A DNA stretch of 37,923 nt from an archaeon (GTDB lineage Archaea; Iainarchaeota; Iainarchaeia; Iainarchaeales; Iainarchaeaceae), in the NCBI GenBank assembly GCA_024653905.1, contig JANLGZ010000019.1, positions 1 to 37,923 of the forward strand, given 5' to 3'. The position numbers and the translations under genes were made by a program. Below, in pieces: positions 8,854-18,712 of this stretch (its first letter is position 1; every line of letters begins with the position of its first letter). Under the pieces are notes generated by a model, which was not told the DNA's origin, searched no databases, and was given only the letters and a program-made list of their open reading frames with translations.

Positions 8854-10491
8854 ATGGCACAACAAGATCAAAATCAACAAGTAATGTTCCTGCCAGAAGG
8901 AGCAAAAAGAACAAGAGGCAGAGATGCTCAGAGAATAAATATTCTAATTGCAAGAGCAGTTGCAAACGCAGTCAAAAGCACATTAGGTCCAAAAGGAATG
9001 GACAAAATGATTGTAGATGATTTAGGTGATGTAATCATTACAAATGATGGAGCAACTATTCTTAGTGAAATGAGCATAGAACACCCAGCCGGAAAAATGA
9101 TGGTTGAAGTAGCTAAAACTCAAGATGACGAAGTTGGAGACGGCACAACAACTGCAGTAATAATCGCAGGCGGTTTGTTAGAAAAAGCTGAAAAATTATT
9201 AGATGATGAAATCCACCCTTCACTAATAATCAAAGGTTATAGATTAGCTGCAATAAAAGCAAAAGAATTTTACAGAGCAATAGCTGAAGATATCACCATC
9301 AAAGACAAACAGGTTTTGAAACAACTTGCTCTAACATCAATGACAGGAAAAAGCGCTGAATCAGCAGAAGAATTAGCTGACCTTGTTGTCGGTGCAATAA
9401 TTCAAGTTGCGGTTGATGATGGAAAAACAACTGTGATTGAACTCGATGATATTAAAGTTGAAAAAAAAGTAGGAGGATCAATAGCAGAATCTGAATTAAT
9501 ACAAGGAATTGTTATTGACAAAGAAGTTGTTCACTCAGGAATGCCAACTAAAGTAGAAAACGCAAAAATTGCTTTGGTTGACGCGGCAATGGAAATAAAA
9601 AGCCCTGAAACAGACACTAAAGTTCAGATTTCAGATCCTGATCAGTTGCAGGCATTTTTGGACCAGGAAGAAAAAATCCTGAGAAAAATGGTTGCTTCAG
9701 TAAAGGAAGCAGGAGCTAATGTTGTTATCTGCCAGAAAGGAATTGATGACATAGCACAGCATTATTTAGCAAAGGAAGGAATCTTAGCTGTACGAAGAGT
9801 CAAAAAATCTGACATGGAAGGATTAGCAAAAGCAACTGGCGCAAAAACCGTTTCAAGAATCAATGATTTAAGTGCAAGTGATCTTGGAAACGCAAAACTT
9901 GTTAGTCAGAAAAAAGTTTCAGGAGACAACATGGTTTTTGTTGAAGGATGTAAAAACCCTAAAAGCGTTTCAATGCTTGTGAGAGGCGGAAGCGCACACG
10001 TTGTTGATGAAGCAGAAAGAGCAGTAAGAGATGCTATGGGTGCAGTGTCATCAGCAATTAAAGATGGAAAAATTCTTTACGGTGGCGGAAGCTGTGAAAT
10101 TGAAGTAGCATTGAAATTAAGGAACTACGCAAAAACTGTCGGAGGAAGAGAGCAATTAGCAATAGAAGCTTTTGCTGAAGCTCTTGAAATAATCCCAAGA
10201 ACATTAGCAGAAACTGCAGGAATGGACACAATAGACACTCTAGTTGCACTGAGAAGCAAACACTCTGGAAAAGACGGAATAACAATCGGAGTTAATGTCT
10301 ACGCTGCAAAGCTTGATGATATGAAAAAGAACAAAGTAATAGAGCCTTTGAAAGTTAAGACTCAGGCAATTATTTCAGGAAGCGAAGTAGCAGAAATGCT
10401 GTTGAGAATCGATGATATAATTGCAGGAACAGGAAAAAGCAGAGCACCAGAAATGCCACCAGGAATGGGCGGCATGGGCGGAATGATGTAG
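8854..10491 (+). CDS. ths: thermosome (group II chaperonin) subunit
   Basis: [29 protein letters not shown]-rich C-tail. Confidence 0.98.
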   Translation: MAQQDQNQQVMFLPEGAKRTRGRDAQRINILIARAVANAVKSTLGPKGMDKMIVDDLGDVIITNDGATILSEMSIEHPAGKMMVEVAKTQDDEVGDGTTTAVIIAGGLLEKAEKLLDDEIHPSLIIKGYRLAAIKAKEFYRAIAEDITIKDKQVLKQLALTSMTGKSAESAEELADLVVGAIIQVAVDDGKTTVIELDDIKVEKKVGGSIAESELIQGIVIDKEVVHSGMPTKVENAKIALVDAAMEIKSPETDTKVQISDPDQLQAFLDQEEKILRKMVASVKEAGANVVICQKGIDDIAQHYLAKEGILAVRRVKKSDMEGLAKATGAKTVSRINDLSASDLGNAKLVSQKKVSGDNMVFVEGCKNPKSVSMLVRGGSAHVVDEAERAVRDAMGAVSSAIKDGKILYGGGSCEIEVALKLRNYAKTVGGREQLAIEAFAEALEIIPRTLAETAGMDTIDTLVALRSKHSGKDGITIGVNVYAAKLDDMKKNKVIEPLKVKTQAIISGSEVAEMLLRIDDIIAGTGKSRAPEMPPGMGGMGGMM

Positions 10492-10504
10492 TTTAAATAA
10501 ATAC

Positions 10505-10531
10505 AAGGGGATTTTTCCCCTTCTTTTTTTT
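10505..10531 (+). terminator. hairpin plus U-tract terminator
   Basis: AAGGGGA-TTTT-TCCCCTT followed by a T run. Confidence 0.7.
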
Positions 10532-10589
10532 CTTTTTAAAAAAAAAACAAATAACTATTTTTTTAATCCTTCTTAACCACTATTAATTC

Positions 10590-11123
10590 ATGACCGTTAT
10601 AATTCTTGTTGGTTTAGCAAGGTCAGGAAAGGACACTGCTGCAGATTATTTAGTGCAAAAGCACGGATTTACAAAATATACTTTCAGCGATGTTTTGAAA
10701 GAACTTCTTGAGCAAAAAGGAATAACCTCTACAAAAAAAAGAATGAATGAATTAGGAGATATTTTAAGAAACGAAATGGGTATGGCGGCAATTGCAAAAA
10801 TGCTTGACAAAAAAATAAACAAAAAAGACAAACTAGTTTTTGTAGGACCGAGGTCAATAGAAGAAATTGATTATTTCAAAAAAAAATTCCCTGAACTTAA
10901 AATAATTAAAATTACAACCGGAAAAGATGAAAGATTTGGAAGGCGTTCAGAAGAAGACCCTTCAGAAAAAGAAGAATTCCACAAAAGAGATGAAGATGAT
11001 AAATACAATAAAGGATTTCAGAAAGTCTTGGATTCTGCTGATTTTCAGGTCAATAATTTTTCAGAAATAGAAAACTTTTACTCAGAACTGGAAACGGTTC
11101 TTAATTTGGTGCAGAGTGAATGA
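10590..11123 (+). CDS. P-loop nucleotide kinase (dephospho-CoA kinase/UPF0200-like)
   Basis: GLARSGKDT Walker A, FSDVLKE, GPRSIEE, RFGRR lid. Confidence 0.8.
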   Translation: MTVIILVGLARSGKDTAADYLVQKHGFTKYTFSDVLKELLEQKGITSTKKRMNELGDILRNEMGMAAIAKMLDKKINKKDKLVFVGPRSIEEIDYFKKKFPELKIIKITTGKDERFGRRSEEDPSEKEEFHKRDEDDKYNKGFQKVLDSADFQVNNFSEIENFYSELETVLNLVQSE

Positions 11124-11461
11124 AAATATCAGAGTTAACTCCAGACCAAAAAAAACTTGAACTGGTTTTTAAAATAGAAGAAAAAACAGAACCCAGAGAA
11201 GTAACCACTAAATTAGATTCAATGTTTCACAAAGTATGTAATGTTCTTGTAGGAGATGAATCTGGGTGTGTCCACTTATCACTTTGGGACGAGGATATTG
11301 AGGAAGTTAAAGAGGGAAAGCATTACAAAATCACTGAAGCTTATACAATGCTTTACAGAAATTCCCTTACTCTAAATAAAGGAAAATACGGCTCGCTCAA
11401 GGAAATTGAGGCAGATTTTGAAATAAACACGCAAAACAACATTTCACTCAAAGAATTCTAG
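11120..11461 (+). CDS. single OB-fold ssDNA-binding protein (SSB/RPA)
   Basis: MKISEL...LVGDESGCVHLSLW...LNKGKYG. Confidence 0.88.
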   Translation: MKISELTPDQKKLELVFKIEEKTEPREVTTKLDSMFHKVCNVLVGDESGCVHLSLWDEDIEEVKEGKHYKITEAYTMLYRNSLTLNKGKYGSLKEIEADFEINTQNNISLKEF

Positions 11462-11500
11462 AAAGTGGCTTTCTTTACCTTTTTAAACCTAATTTAGTGC

Positions 11501-11510
11501 TTTTAATATA
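11501..11510 (+). promoter_or_regulatory. putative TATA box for the tRNA-Ile/ileS transcript
   Basis: TTTTAATATA about 20-27 nt upstream of G11528, where the long stem begins. Confidence 0.45.
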
Positions 11511-11527
11511 GAAATAAATTCAATAAA

Positions 11528-11751
11528 GCAAAGTAATAGTTAGTAGCAATGGGCCTGAGCAATAAAGCAGTACTATCGAGTCACAAGACGAAGATAGTAC
11601 CCCCTCCAGACGCGGGTTTGCGTCTTGGGAGTATAGCTCAGCCTGGTCAGAGCATTGGTCTTATACACCAAGGGTCAGCGGTTCAAATCCGCTTACTCCC
11701 ATTCGTGCATGCTCATCGAATGGGACAAAGGCTCATTGCTACTTGCTTTGC
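11528..11751 (+). ncRNA. structured ileS 5' leader enclosing a tRNA
   Basis: Closing stem GCAAAGTA(11528-35)/TGCTTTGC(11744-51) and AGTAGCAATGGGCCT(11542-56)/AGGCTCATTGCTACT(11729-43); internal hairpins at 11570-11600, 11608-11625 and 11697-11725. Confidence 0.75.
11627..11701 (+). tRNA. tRNA-Ile (anticodon UAU)
   Basis: Full cloverleaf: acceptor GGGAGTA/TACTCCC with discriminator A; D arm GCTC/GAGC; anticodon stem TTGGT/ACCAA, loop CT-TAT-AC (TAT 11662-64); T arm AGCGG-TTCAAAT-CCGCT; no encoded CCA. Confidence 0.92.
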
Positions 11752-11767
11752 AATAAAAGTGAAACTT

Positions 11768-14617
11768 ATGGAAAAAGTAGAACAATATAATTCTGAAAAT
11801 GAAAAGAAAGTTCGAGAGTTTTGGGTAAAGAATAAAATAGCCAATAAATCCCGAACTCAAAATGCAAAAGGAAAAGGATTTTTCATGATGGATGGTCCGC
11901 CATATGCAAGCGGACATATACACATGGGAACTGCTCTGAACAAAATTGTGAAAGATATCACAATGCGAAATAAAAGAATGCAAGGTTTTTCTGTTTTAGA
12001 TCAACCAGGTTATGATACTCATGGTTTACCAATTGAAAATAAAGTTGAGAAAGAACTTGGTTTTAAAACAAAAGCAGATATTGAAAAATTTGGGGAAGAT
12101 AAGTTTATTGAAAAGTGCAGAAATTATGCAACTGAATTCATAGGAATAATGAATGAAGAATTTGATAATCTTGGAATCTGGATGGATTGGGAAAATCCAT
12201 ATTTAACTCTTAACAAAGAATACATGGAATCTGTTTGGTGGACATTCAAAAAAGCAGATGAAAAAGGTTTACTCTATTTAGGAAAATACCCGATTCATGC
12301 CTGCCCAAGATGCGCTACTGCTGTTTCTTATGGTGAAATCGAATACACAAAACAAACCGATACAGCAGTTTATGTTAAATTCAAAATTAAAAATGAAAAA
12401 AATAAATATTTACTAATCTGGACAACTACCCCATGGACTTTACCATCAAACACAGGAATAATGGTTAATCCGAAGTTTGATTATGTTGAGGCAGAGGTTG
12501 GAGGAGAAATCTGGATTCTTGCAAAAGATTTATTACAAACATTAATGGAAAAAATCGAAGCAGGTTTTGTTATTAAAAAAACTTTAAAAGGAAAAGAATT
12601 AGAAGGAATTGAATATGAAAATCCGCTTGCAAAAAATTTGAAACTTGAAGAAATTAAGAACGGTTACAGAATAATCCTTAGCGAAAGATATGTTACATTA
12701 GAATACGGAACGGGTTTAGTTCACACAGCACCAGGTTGTGGAAAGGAAGATTACGATGAAGGAACCAAAGCAGGTTTACCAATAATTAGTATTGTTGATA
12801 ATAATGGAATTTTAGGAGAAGAAGGAGGAAAGTACGCGGGAAAAGTTGCAAGAATTGTTGATGCTGAAATTATAAAAGATTTAGATGAAATGAAAGCACT
12901 AGTTTACAAACACCCATACAAACATGACTACCCAATCTGCTGGCGATGCAAAACACCCTTACTTAATATTTCTACACCTCAATGGTTTTTCAAAGTTACA
13001 AAAATAAGAGACAAACTAAAAAAATATAATAATGAAGTTGACTGGCACCCAGTATGGGGAAAAGACCGTTACAACGATTGGGCAGAAAACTTAGGAGACT
13101 GGCCTATATCAAGGCAAAGATATTGGGGAGTTCCAATCCCTATGTGGGTTTGTGATTCTTGCGAAAACCAAACAATAGTCGGTTCTGCAGAAGAACTCAA
13201 AGAACTTTCAGGTAAAGCCCTGAACGATTTACACAAACCATCAGTTGACAAAGTAACTTGGAAATGCAAATGCAAAAAAGGAACAATGAAAAGAATTCCC
13301 GAAATTTTAGATGTTTGGATTGATTCAGGAACTGCTTCATGGGCATCAATGGGTTACCCAAAAAATAAGGAGAAGTTCGAAAAATATTGGCCGGCAGATG
13401 TGAACATTGAGGGAAAAGACCAAATCAGGTTATGGTGGAATACTGAATTAATTTTAAGCACAATTTGTTTTGATGAAAAACCATTCAAAAGCCTTGCAAT
13501 GCACGGAATGGTTTTGGATCTTGGGAAAATAAAAATGTCAAAAAGCCAAGGGAATATTGTAGCACCAAAAGAAGTGATTGAAAAATACAACAGGGATTAC
13601 CTGAGAGTTTATGTTGCAAAAGTATTCAGCGGAGAAGACATGCTGTTTAACTGGGATGCTTTCAAAGAAATCAACAGATTTTTCAATACGCTTTGGAATT
13701 CAATCAATTATGGAATTACTTACCTTGATTTAGATTTGGAAAAAGAAATTAATTTGAAAAAACTGCAACCTGAGGATAAATGGATTTTAAGCAAATTACA
13801 TTCACTTGAAAAAGAAGTTTTGGAAAACTACAACAATTACAATTACCCAAAAGTAATCAACTCAATAGAATACTTTGTCCTTGAAGAATTTTCCAGAACT
13901 TACATTAAATTAATCAGAGACAGAGTAAAGAATGAAAAATCTGAAGTTTTAAGTGCTGTTTTCAGCCAGATTTCATCAGCTTTGTTAAAAATGCTTTCCC
14001 CAATAACCCCGCATTTTTCAGAACACTTTTACCAAGGAATGAAAAGCAACTCAATGCAAGAATCTGTTCATTTACTTGAATTACCAAAAGCAAATGAAAA
14101 ATTTATTGATGAAGAACTTGAAAAAGAAGTTGCTAAAGCAAAAGATTTGATTCAGGAAACTCTGAGTTTGAGAGAACAGGAAAAATTAAGGTTAAGATGG
14201 CCCTTAGAAGAACTTATTTATGTCGGAAAGAAAAAGGAATTTTCAAATACAATTGAAATAATTGCTTCGCAGGCAAATGTGAAAAAATTCTCAGAAGGAA
14301 AAGAACCTAAAGGAAATTTTGCTTCAAAGGAATTCGGCGAAGGAAAAATATTTTTGAATTTGGATGCAAGTACTGAATTGAAAGAAGAATGGGAATTAAT
14401 GGAATTAAGAAGAAAAATACAGGATATGAGAAAACAATTGAAATTTAATCCAACAGATAAAGCAGAACTTATTATTGGTTCAAACGATAATGCTTTTGTT
14501 GAAAAATACAAAAAGGAAATTGAGGAATCAACAAACACAAAAATAGTTTCACCCACAGGGAAAGGAAAAATGGAAAAATTACTGGAAAGAGAATTTTTTA
14601 TTGAATTAAAAAAATAA
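11768..14617 (+). CDS. ileS: isoleucine--tRNA ligase
   Basis: DGPPYASGHIHMGT, GYDTHGLPIE, WTTTPWTLP, GTGLVHTAP, DWPISRQRYWG, KMSKS; start taken at MEKVEQ (11768) because the upstream in-frame extension covers the tRNA. Confidence 0.96.
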   Translation: MEKVEQYNSENEKKVREFWVKNKIANKSRTQNAKGKGFFMMDGPPYASGHIHMGTALNKIVKDITMRNKRMQGFSVLDQPGYDTHGLPIENKVEKELGFKTKADIEKFGEDKFIEKCRNYATEFIGIMNEEFDNLGIWMDWENPYLTLNKEYMESVWWTFKKADEKGLLYLGKYPIHACPRCATAVSYGEIEYTKQTDTAVYVKFKIKNEKNKYLLIWTTTPWTLPSNTGIMVNPKFDYVEAEVGGEIWILAKDLLQTLMEKIEAGFVIKKTLKGKELEGIEYENPLAKNLKLEEIKNGYRIILSERYVTLEYGTGLVHTAPGCGKEDYDEGTKAGLPIISIVDNNGILGEEGGKYAGKVARIVDAEIIKDLDEMKALVYKHPYKHDYPICWRCKTPLLNISTPQWFFKVTKIRDKLKKYNNEVDWHPVWGKDRYNDWAENLGDWPISRQRYWGVPIPMWVCDSCENQTIVGSAEELKELSGKALNDLHKPSVDKVTWKCKCKKGTMKRIPEILDVWIDSGTASWASMGYPKNKEKFEKYWPADVNIEGKDQIRLWWNTELILSTICFDEKPFKSLAMHGMVLDLGKIKMSKSQGNIVAPKEVIEKYNRDYLRVYVAKVFSGEDMLFNWDAFKEINRFFNTLWNSINYGITYLDLDLEKEINLKKLQPEDKWILSKLHSLEKEVLENYNNYNYPKVINSIEYFVLEEFSRTYIKLIRDRVKNEKSEVLSAVFSQISSALLKMLSPITPHFSEHFYQGMKSNSMQESVHLLELPKANEKFIDEELEKEVAKAKDLIQETLSLREQEKLRLRWPLEELIYVGKKKEFSNTIEIIASQANVKKFSEGKEPKGNFASKEFGEGKIFLNLDASTELKEEWELMELRRKIQDMRKQLKFNPTDKAELIIGSNDNAFVEKYKKEIEESTNTKIVSPTGKGKMEKLLEREFFIELKK

Positions 14618-14650
14618 ACTTTAAAAAACAAAAAAAATGATTGTGATTTT

Positions 14651-15565
14651 ATGAACGTGAAAGATTTCAAATCAAGCGAAATGGGAAAAGGTAGAATTTA
14701 CGAAAGATTTTTGCAAAATGGTTTTCAGGCAACTGAAATGGCAAGAGCAGTTTCAGTAATAGAGGAAATGAAAAAAGACAAATCATTTGTTTACTTTGGA
14801 TTTACTGCAAACTTAGTCGCCACTGGTTTGAGGGGACTTATAATGGAAATGTGCAAAAACAGTTTTGTTGATGCAATAGTAACAACCTCAGGAAGCATTG
14901 ACCACGATATTATTCGAACCTTTCAGAAATATGAAATTGCTACTTTTAATGAAGATGACCGAGAATTGTTTGAAAAAGGATACAATAGAATAGGCAATGT
15001 ACTTGTGAAAAGCGAGGGTTTTGCCAAGCTTGAAGGAAAAATGATTCCTTTCCTGAAAAAATGCCTGGCAGAAAAGAAAATCTGGAGCCCTTCAGAATTA
15101 CTGAAAAAACTAGGCGAAACTCTTGATGAAAGTTCTTTCCTTTATTGGGCAGCAAAGAACAATATTCCTGTGTATTGCCCTGGAATAACTGATGGCGCAG
15201 CATTTGGATTGCAATTGCATTTTTTTAAAGAAGAAAACCCTGATTTTGTGATTGATGTTACAGCTGATTTGAAACCATTGCTTGATTCTGCTTTGAATGC
15301 AGAAAAAACAGGAGCAATTATTTTAGGCGGAGGAATTTCAAAACACCACATCATCGGATCTAATATTGTAAGAGAAGGCCTTGATTACGCTACTTACATT
15401 TCCACCGCACAGGAATTTGATGGTTCTTTGAGCGGGGCAAGGCCAAAAGAAGCAAAGAGCTGGGGAAAATTAAAAGGTGAAAGCAAAAGCGTTCATGTTA
15501 ACTGCGATGCAACAATTGCTTTTCCTCTGATTTATCATTCTCTAAAAGAAAGAGGATTACTTTGA
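14651..15565 (+). CDS. dys: deoxyhypusine synthase
   Basis: GFQATE, GFTANLV, NRIGNV, LGGGISKHH, DGSLSGARPKEAKSWGK. Confidence 0.95.
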   Translation: MNVKDFKSSEMGKGRIYERFLQNGFQATEMARAVSVIEEMKKDKSFVYFGFTANLVATGLRGLIMEMCKNSFVDAIVTTSGSIDHDIIRTFQKYEIATFNEDDRELFEKGYNRIGNVLVKSEGFAKLEGKMIPFLKKCLAEKKIWSPSELLKKLGETLDESSFLYWAAKNNIPVYCPGITDGAAFGLQLHFFKEENPDFVIDVTADLKPLLDSALNAEKTGAIILGGGISKHHIIGSNIVREGLDYATYISTAQEFDGSLSGARPKEAKSWGKLKGESKSVHVNCDATIAFPLIYHSLKERGLL

Positions 15566-16095
15566 TTGAATTACTTGTTCTGCTTTTTTTCTCAGGGATT
15601 TTTGTAAAAATTGCAGACGAATTTTCTGATGTTTTTGAAAAAGAAAATTATTTCGGAATTGTTTTCGGAACCCTATACGGAATTTTGCTCGGAATAGCAA
15701 TATCAGGTAATTTTATTATTGCAACAATCTGGGTTGGAATAATTCTGGCTTTAACCCTGCAAAATAAACTAAATTCAGTAGCACATTTAGTTGGAATAAT
15801 TACTATTGCATTAACAATAATTTTTATCAACAATTTTGAATTAAATTTGGCACTGGCAATGATTTATTTCATTGGTTCTTTTTTGGATGAAAAACTCAAT
15901 GATTTTTTTGATTTCAATAAAGCAAAAAATTCAGCAGGAAAAGTATTGAAATTTATTGCAAAATACAGATTAATAACAGAACTTTTTGCAATTGTACTCG
16001 CAATTGTTTTTGCAGAACCGCTTTATTGGTTTGGTGTGCTTAGCTTTGATATTGGTTATCAATTAGTTACAATGGTTTCCGAAAAAGTTATTTGA
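15562..16095 (+). CDS. polytopic membrane protein
   Basis: About 6 hydrophobic helices with KIADE and FLDE acidic motifs; overlaps the dys stop. Confidence 0.75.
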   Translation: MIELLVLLFFSGIFVKIADEFSDVFEKENYFGIVFGTLYGILLGIAISGNFIIATIWVGIILALTLQNKLNSVAHLVGIITIALTIIFINNFELNLALAMIYFIGSFLDEKLNDFFDFNKAKNSAGKVLKFIAKYRLITELFAIVLAIVFAEPLYWFGVLSFDIGYQLVTMVSEKVI

Positions 16096-16381
16096 ATTTT
16101 TTCAGGAACTTTATCCATTCAGTAATTTTCCTTTCAGTTGGAGCCCATGGTTCGCCAAAACTATCTAATTGTTTACACCCATAAATAATGTCAACAAATT
16201 TTGAAAAATCAGCACTGTGATCAATATGGCCTTCCAATTCATCAAGAGCAGCAGTGCAATAAGAATCTATTTCTTCACCCAAAAAGAATTTTTCTTTTCC
16301 TTCCAGTTCAAGGAATTTTGGAAAATCAGATAAAAGTTTTTCTCTTATTTGAGAAACTGTTTTTTTGGTATTTTCATCCAT
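16088..16381 (-). CDS. hypothetical protein
   Basis: 97-aa ORF with GAGGT RBS upstream. Confidence 0.65.
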   Translation of the reverse strand: MDENTKKTVSQIREKLLSDFPKFLELEGKEKFFLGEEIDSYCTAALDELEGHIDHSADFSKFVDIIYGCKQLDSFGEPWAPTERKITEWIKFLKKFK

Positions 16382-16412
16382 AAAAAATATTCAACCTCAG
16401 ATGAATAAATTA

Positions 16413-16577
16413 CTACCCCATCAGATGAAATACTATTACAATAACTGTAAAAGCAACTGTAACTCCGACAACGAATTCAGGGCTCATTTTAGGACCGCCG
16501 GTATCTGTGTCAAAGAAACGCATTATTCCAATAGAAGAACTTGGACCTGAACTTTGTGGTGAACTGTTAAACTTCAT
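16413..16577 (-). CDS. secG: preprotein translocase subunit Sec61beta (archaeal SecG)
   Basis: Not in ORF track; MKFNSSPQSSGPSSSIGIMRFFDTDTGGPKMSPEFVVGVTVAFTVIVIVFHLMG matches the GxxRFFD..GPKxSPE-TM pattern. Confidence 0.88.
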   Translation of the reverse strand: MKFNSSPQSSGPSSSIGIMRFFDTDTGGPKMSPEFVVGVTVAFTVIVIVFHLMG

Positions 16578-16716
16578 TGCATATCCCTAGAGTAATTACT
16601 TGAAGAAAAGGTTTATATATTAAAATGACTTATTTATCTCAAAAACAATACATATTTAAATAGTTTAAAAGAAAAATAATAGTATTAACATATTAATTGG
16701 AGAAGGTGAAAACAAA

Positions 16717-17577
16717 ATGTATCCTGATGGCGGAGATGGTGGAGCAGCACCAGCAGATAATTTCGGAGGACCACTTCAATCAAAATTTGGAACTCATTTA
16801 GAGGGACTAATCCCATTAATACTAATACTCATAATAGCTTTTTTCCTAGCAGTTAGGTTTGATGTTATTGATCCATCCACCCCAATTCTGGGAACTGTAG
16901 TAGATGTTTTCCAATCAGGAGCACATCCAACTAAAATGCTTATTATAGGTGCTACAAGCAGAGAAGTTGTTAACATCCTTAATGATAATCGGGATATTAT
17001 AGATTATGATCTTAAAACAACTCAAAGTCTTGAGAGAAACCCACAGGAAATATTGGCAAATTATGAAATCGTAATGCTTGACCAGAGTGAGGAAGCAAAC
17101 AAAGAAGTTTCCAAAAAGCTTGGAGAAGCAATTGAAAAGTTCGTTAAAAGCGGCGGAAAGTTCATTCTTGTAAAGGATTCCGGAATAAGAAGACCTGACA
17201 CATATGATGTTATTGGTTGGAAAAACACTTTCGGAGATATAGTGCCTGTTGAATGTGACAGAGTAATTAATGACCAGCCAACATGTATAAACAGATTTAT
17301 TGTACAAGGAAAACTTCTAAGACAGGATGAAGACCATCCAATCATGGAAGGAATCGAAATCTTCCCAGCAGACCCTTTAAGGAATGCTACATTTGAAGTA
17401 TTCGATGTTGGAACTAATGGCAAAGAAATTGCTTTTATTGAAAGCTCAGGACAGGACAAAAAAGAGTTTGTCGGAATTGTAGAGAAAAACCTAGTAATAG
17501 GAAAAAGCCTCTACTTCAATTACAACCCCGGAAAAACCAGAGGCGTATTTGAATCAACCTTGGATTATTTGAGATAA
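16717..17577 (+). CDS. membrane-anchored protein with a glutamine-amidotransferase/ThuA-like alpha/beta domain
   Basis: N-terminal TM; LANYEIVML, IEKFVKSGGKFILV, DHPIMEGI. Confidence 0.65.
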   Translation: MYPDGGDGGAAPADNFGGPLQSKFGTHLEGLIPLILILIIAFFLAVRFDVIDPSTPILGTVVDVFQSGAHPTKMLIIGATSREVVNILNDNRDIIDYDLKTTQSLERNPQEILANYEIVMLDQSEEANKEVSKKLGEAIEKFVKSGGKFILVKDSGIRRPDTYDVIGWKNTFGDIVPVECDRVINDQPTCINRFIVQGKLLRQDEDHPIMEGIEIFPADPLRNATFEVFDVGTNGKEIAFIESSGQDKKEFVGIVEKNLVIGKSLYFNYNPGKTRGVFESTLDYLR

Positions 17578-17671
17578 ATAACTCAAATAATCTAATTCCC
17601 TTTTTTCTAATTTTTTATAAATACTTTGGTGCATAGCTCTATTTACATTCCAATTCGCCCGAGGTTTTAAC

Positions 17672-17944
17672 ATGGGAGACGACAACATAGTTTTCATTGG
17701 AAAAAAAAGCACAATGGCATATGTCATGGCAGTAATAATGCAAATGAATAGAGGAAACACAGAAGTAACACTCAAAGCAAGAGGGAAAGCTATTTCAAGA
17801 GCGGTTGATGTTGCAGAAATTGTGAAAAACAAGTTTATGAATGAAATAAAGGCCCATGACATCAAGATTTACACTGAAGAACTCAAAGGAAACGATGATA
17901 CAAACATTAAAGTTTCATCAATAGAAATTTTACTGAAAAAGTAA
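17672..17944 (+). CDS. albA: DNA/RNA-binding protein Alba
   Basis: VFIGKK..MAYV, LKARGKAISRAVDVAE, VSSIEI. Confidence 0.96.
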   Translation: MGDDNIVFIGKKSTMAYVMAVIMQMNRGNTEVTLKARGKAISRAVDVAEIVKNKFMNEIKAHDIKIYTEELKGNDDTNIKVSSIEILLKK

Positions 17945-17985
17945 CAACAAAAAGTGTTTATAACAGGTTTTTCACTAATAATCCT

Positions 17986-18405
17986 ATGGGGAAAGAACTT
18001 GATGAAAAAGTACAAATAGCTTTTGAAAATGCAAGAAAAAAATTTTTATTCTCAGATGTTGATTTTCACAAAGCAATAGAATTTCCAGAAATCACAATAA
18101 TATCATGCAACGGCAAAATAGGCTCACTAATAGGCAGAAATGGTATTATTGTAGCTGAATTAAGCAAAGAACTTAATTCCAAAATAAGAGTTGTTGAACA
18201 TTCCCAAAACCCAAAAAAAGTAATTGCAGACTTAATAGGCAATGTAAGATTATTAGGAGTTAATGAAGTGTTTGAACCAAGCGGCACTAAAATAAAAATA
18301 ATAATAAATACTCATGATTCAAAGAAATTATCCGCTACACCCGAACACTTAGAGAAAGCAATCGAAGAACTAACCCAAAACAAAGCAAAACTGGAATTCA
18401 AGTGA
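17986..18405 (+). CDS. KH-domain protein, archaeal NusA-like
   Basis: IGSLIGRNG GxxG loop, KIRVVE. Confidence 0.7.
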   Translation: MGKELDEKVQIAFENARKKFLFSDVDFHKAIEFPEITIISCNGKIGSLIGRNGIIVAELSKELNSKIRVVEHSQNPKKVIADLIGNVRLLGVNEVFEPSGTKIKIIINTHDSKKLSATPEHLEKAIEELTQNKAKLEFK

Positions 18406-18473
18406 AAAAGGCAAACCTTTAATTTATAACCCTACTAAAAAATATTAAAAAAGAAGAATATTAAAAACAGGTT

Positions 18474-18653
18474 ATGATTATGCCCGGGCCCAAAAAACCC
18501 ATAAGACCAATAAAACCATCAACGCCACCAACATGGGAAGAATTACAATCCGAAACTTTGTGGAAGAAGTTCAATGCACAAAAACCACATATTAAAACTT
18601 TATCAAGAAAACGAGTGAATAACCAAAAACCAACCATACAAAAACGAGGTTAA
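18474..18653 (+). CDS. small basic orphan protein
   Basis: Hand translation MIMPGPKKPIRPIKPSTPPTWEELQSETLWKKFNAQKPHIKTLSRKRVNNQKPTIQKRG fills the intergenic gap. Confidence 0.45.
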   Translation: MIMPGPKKPIRPIKPSTPPTWEELQSETLWKKFNAQKPHIKTLSRKRVNNQKPTIQKRG

Positions 18654-18712
18654 AACCTCAAAAATCTAATCATTTATTGTGCAAAGCCCATGATTGCGAA
18701 AAGTATTTATAT

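Noticed and set aside
11528..11751. Classical T-box riboswitch or BHB-spliced/permuted tRNA
   Set aside because: No T-box UGGNACC bulge or specifier stem recognised. The tRNA is contiguous, and the outer stem has a single one-sided bulge rather than bulge-helix-bulge.
11549..11767. 73-aa N-terminal extension of IleRS as in the ORF track
   Set aside because: It overlaps a complete tRNA and RNA stems, and IleRS-like sequence begins at MEKVEQ (11768). Kept only as a regulatory possibility.
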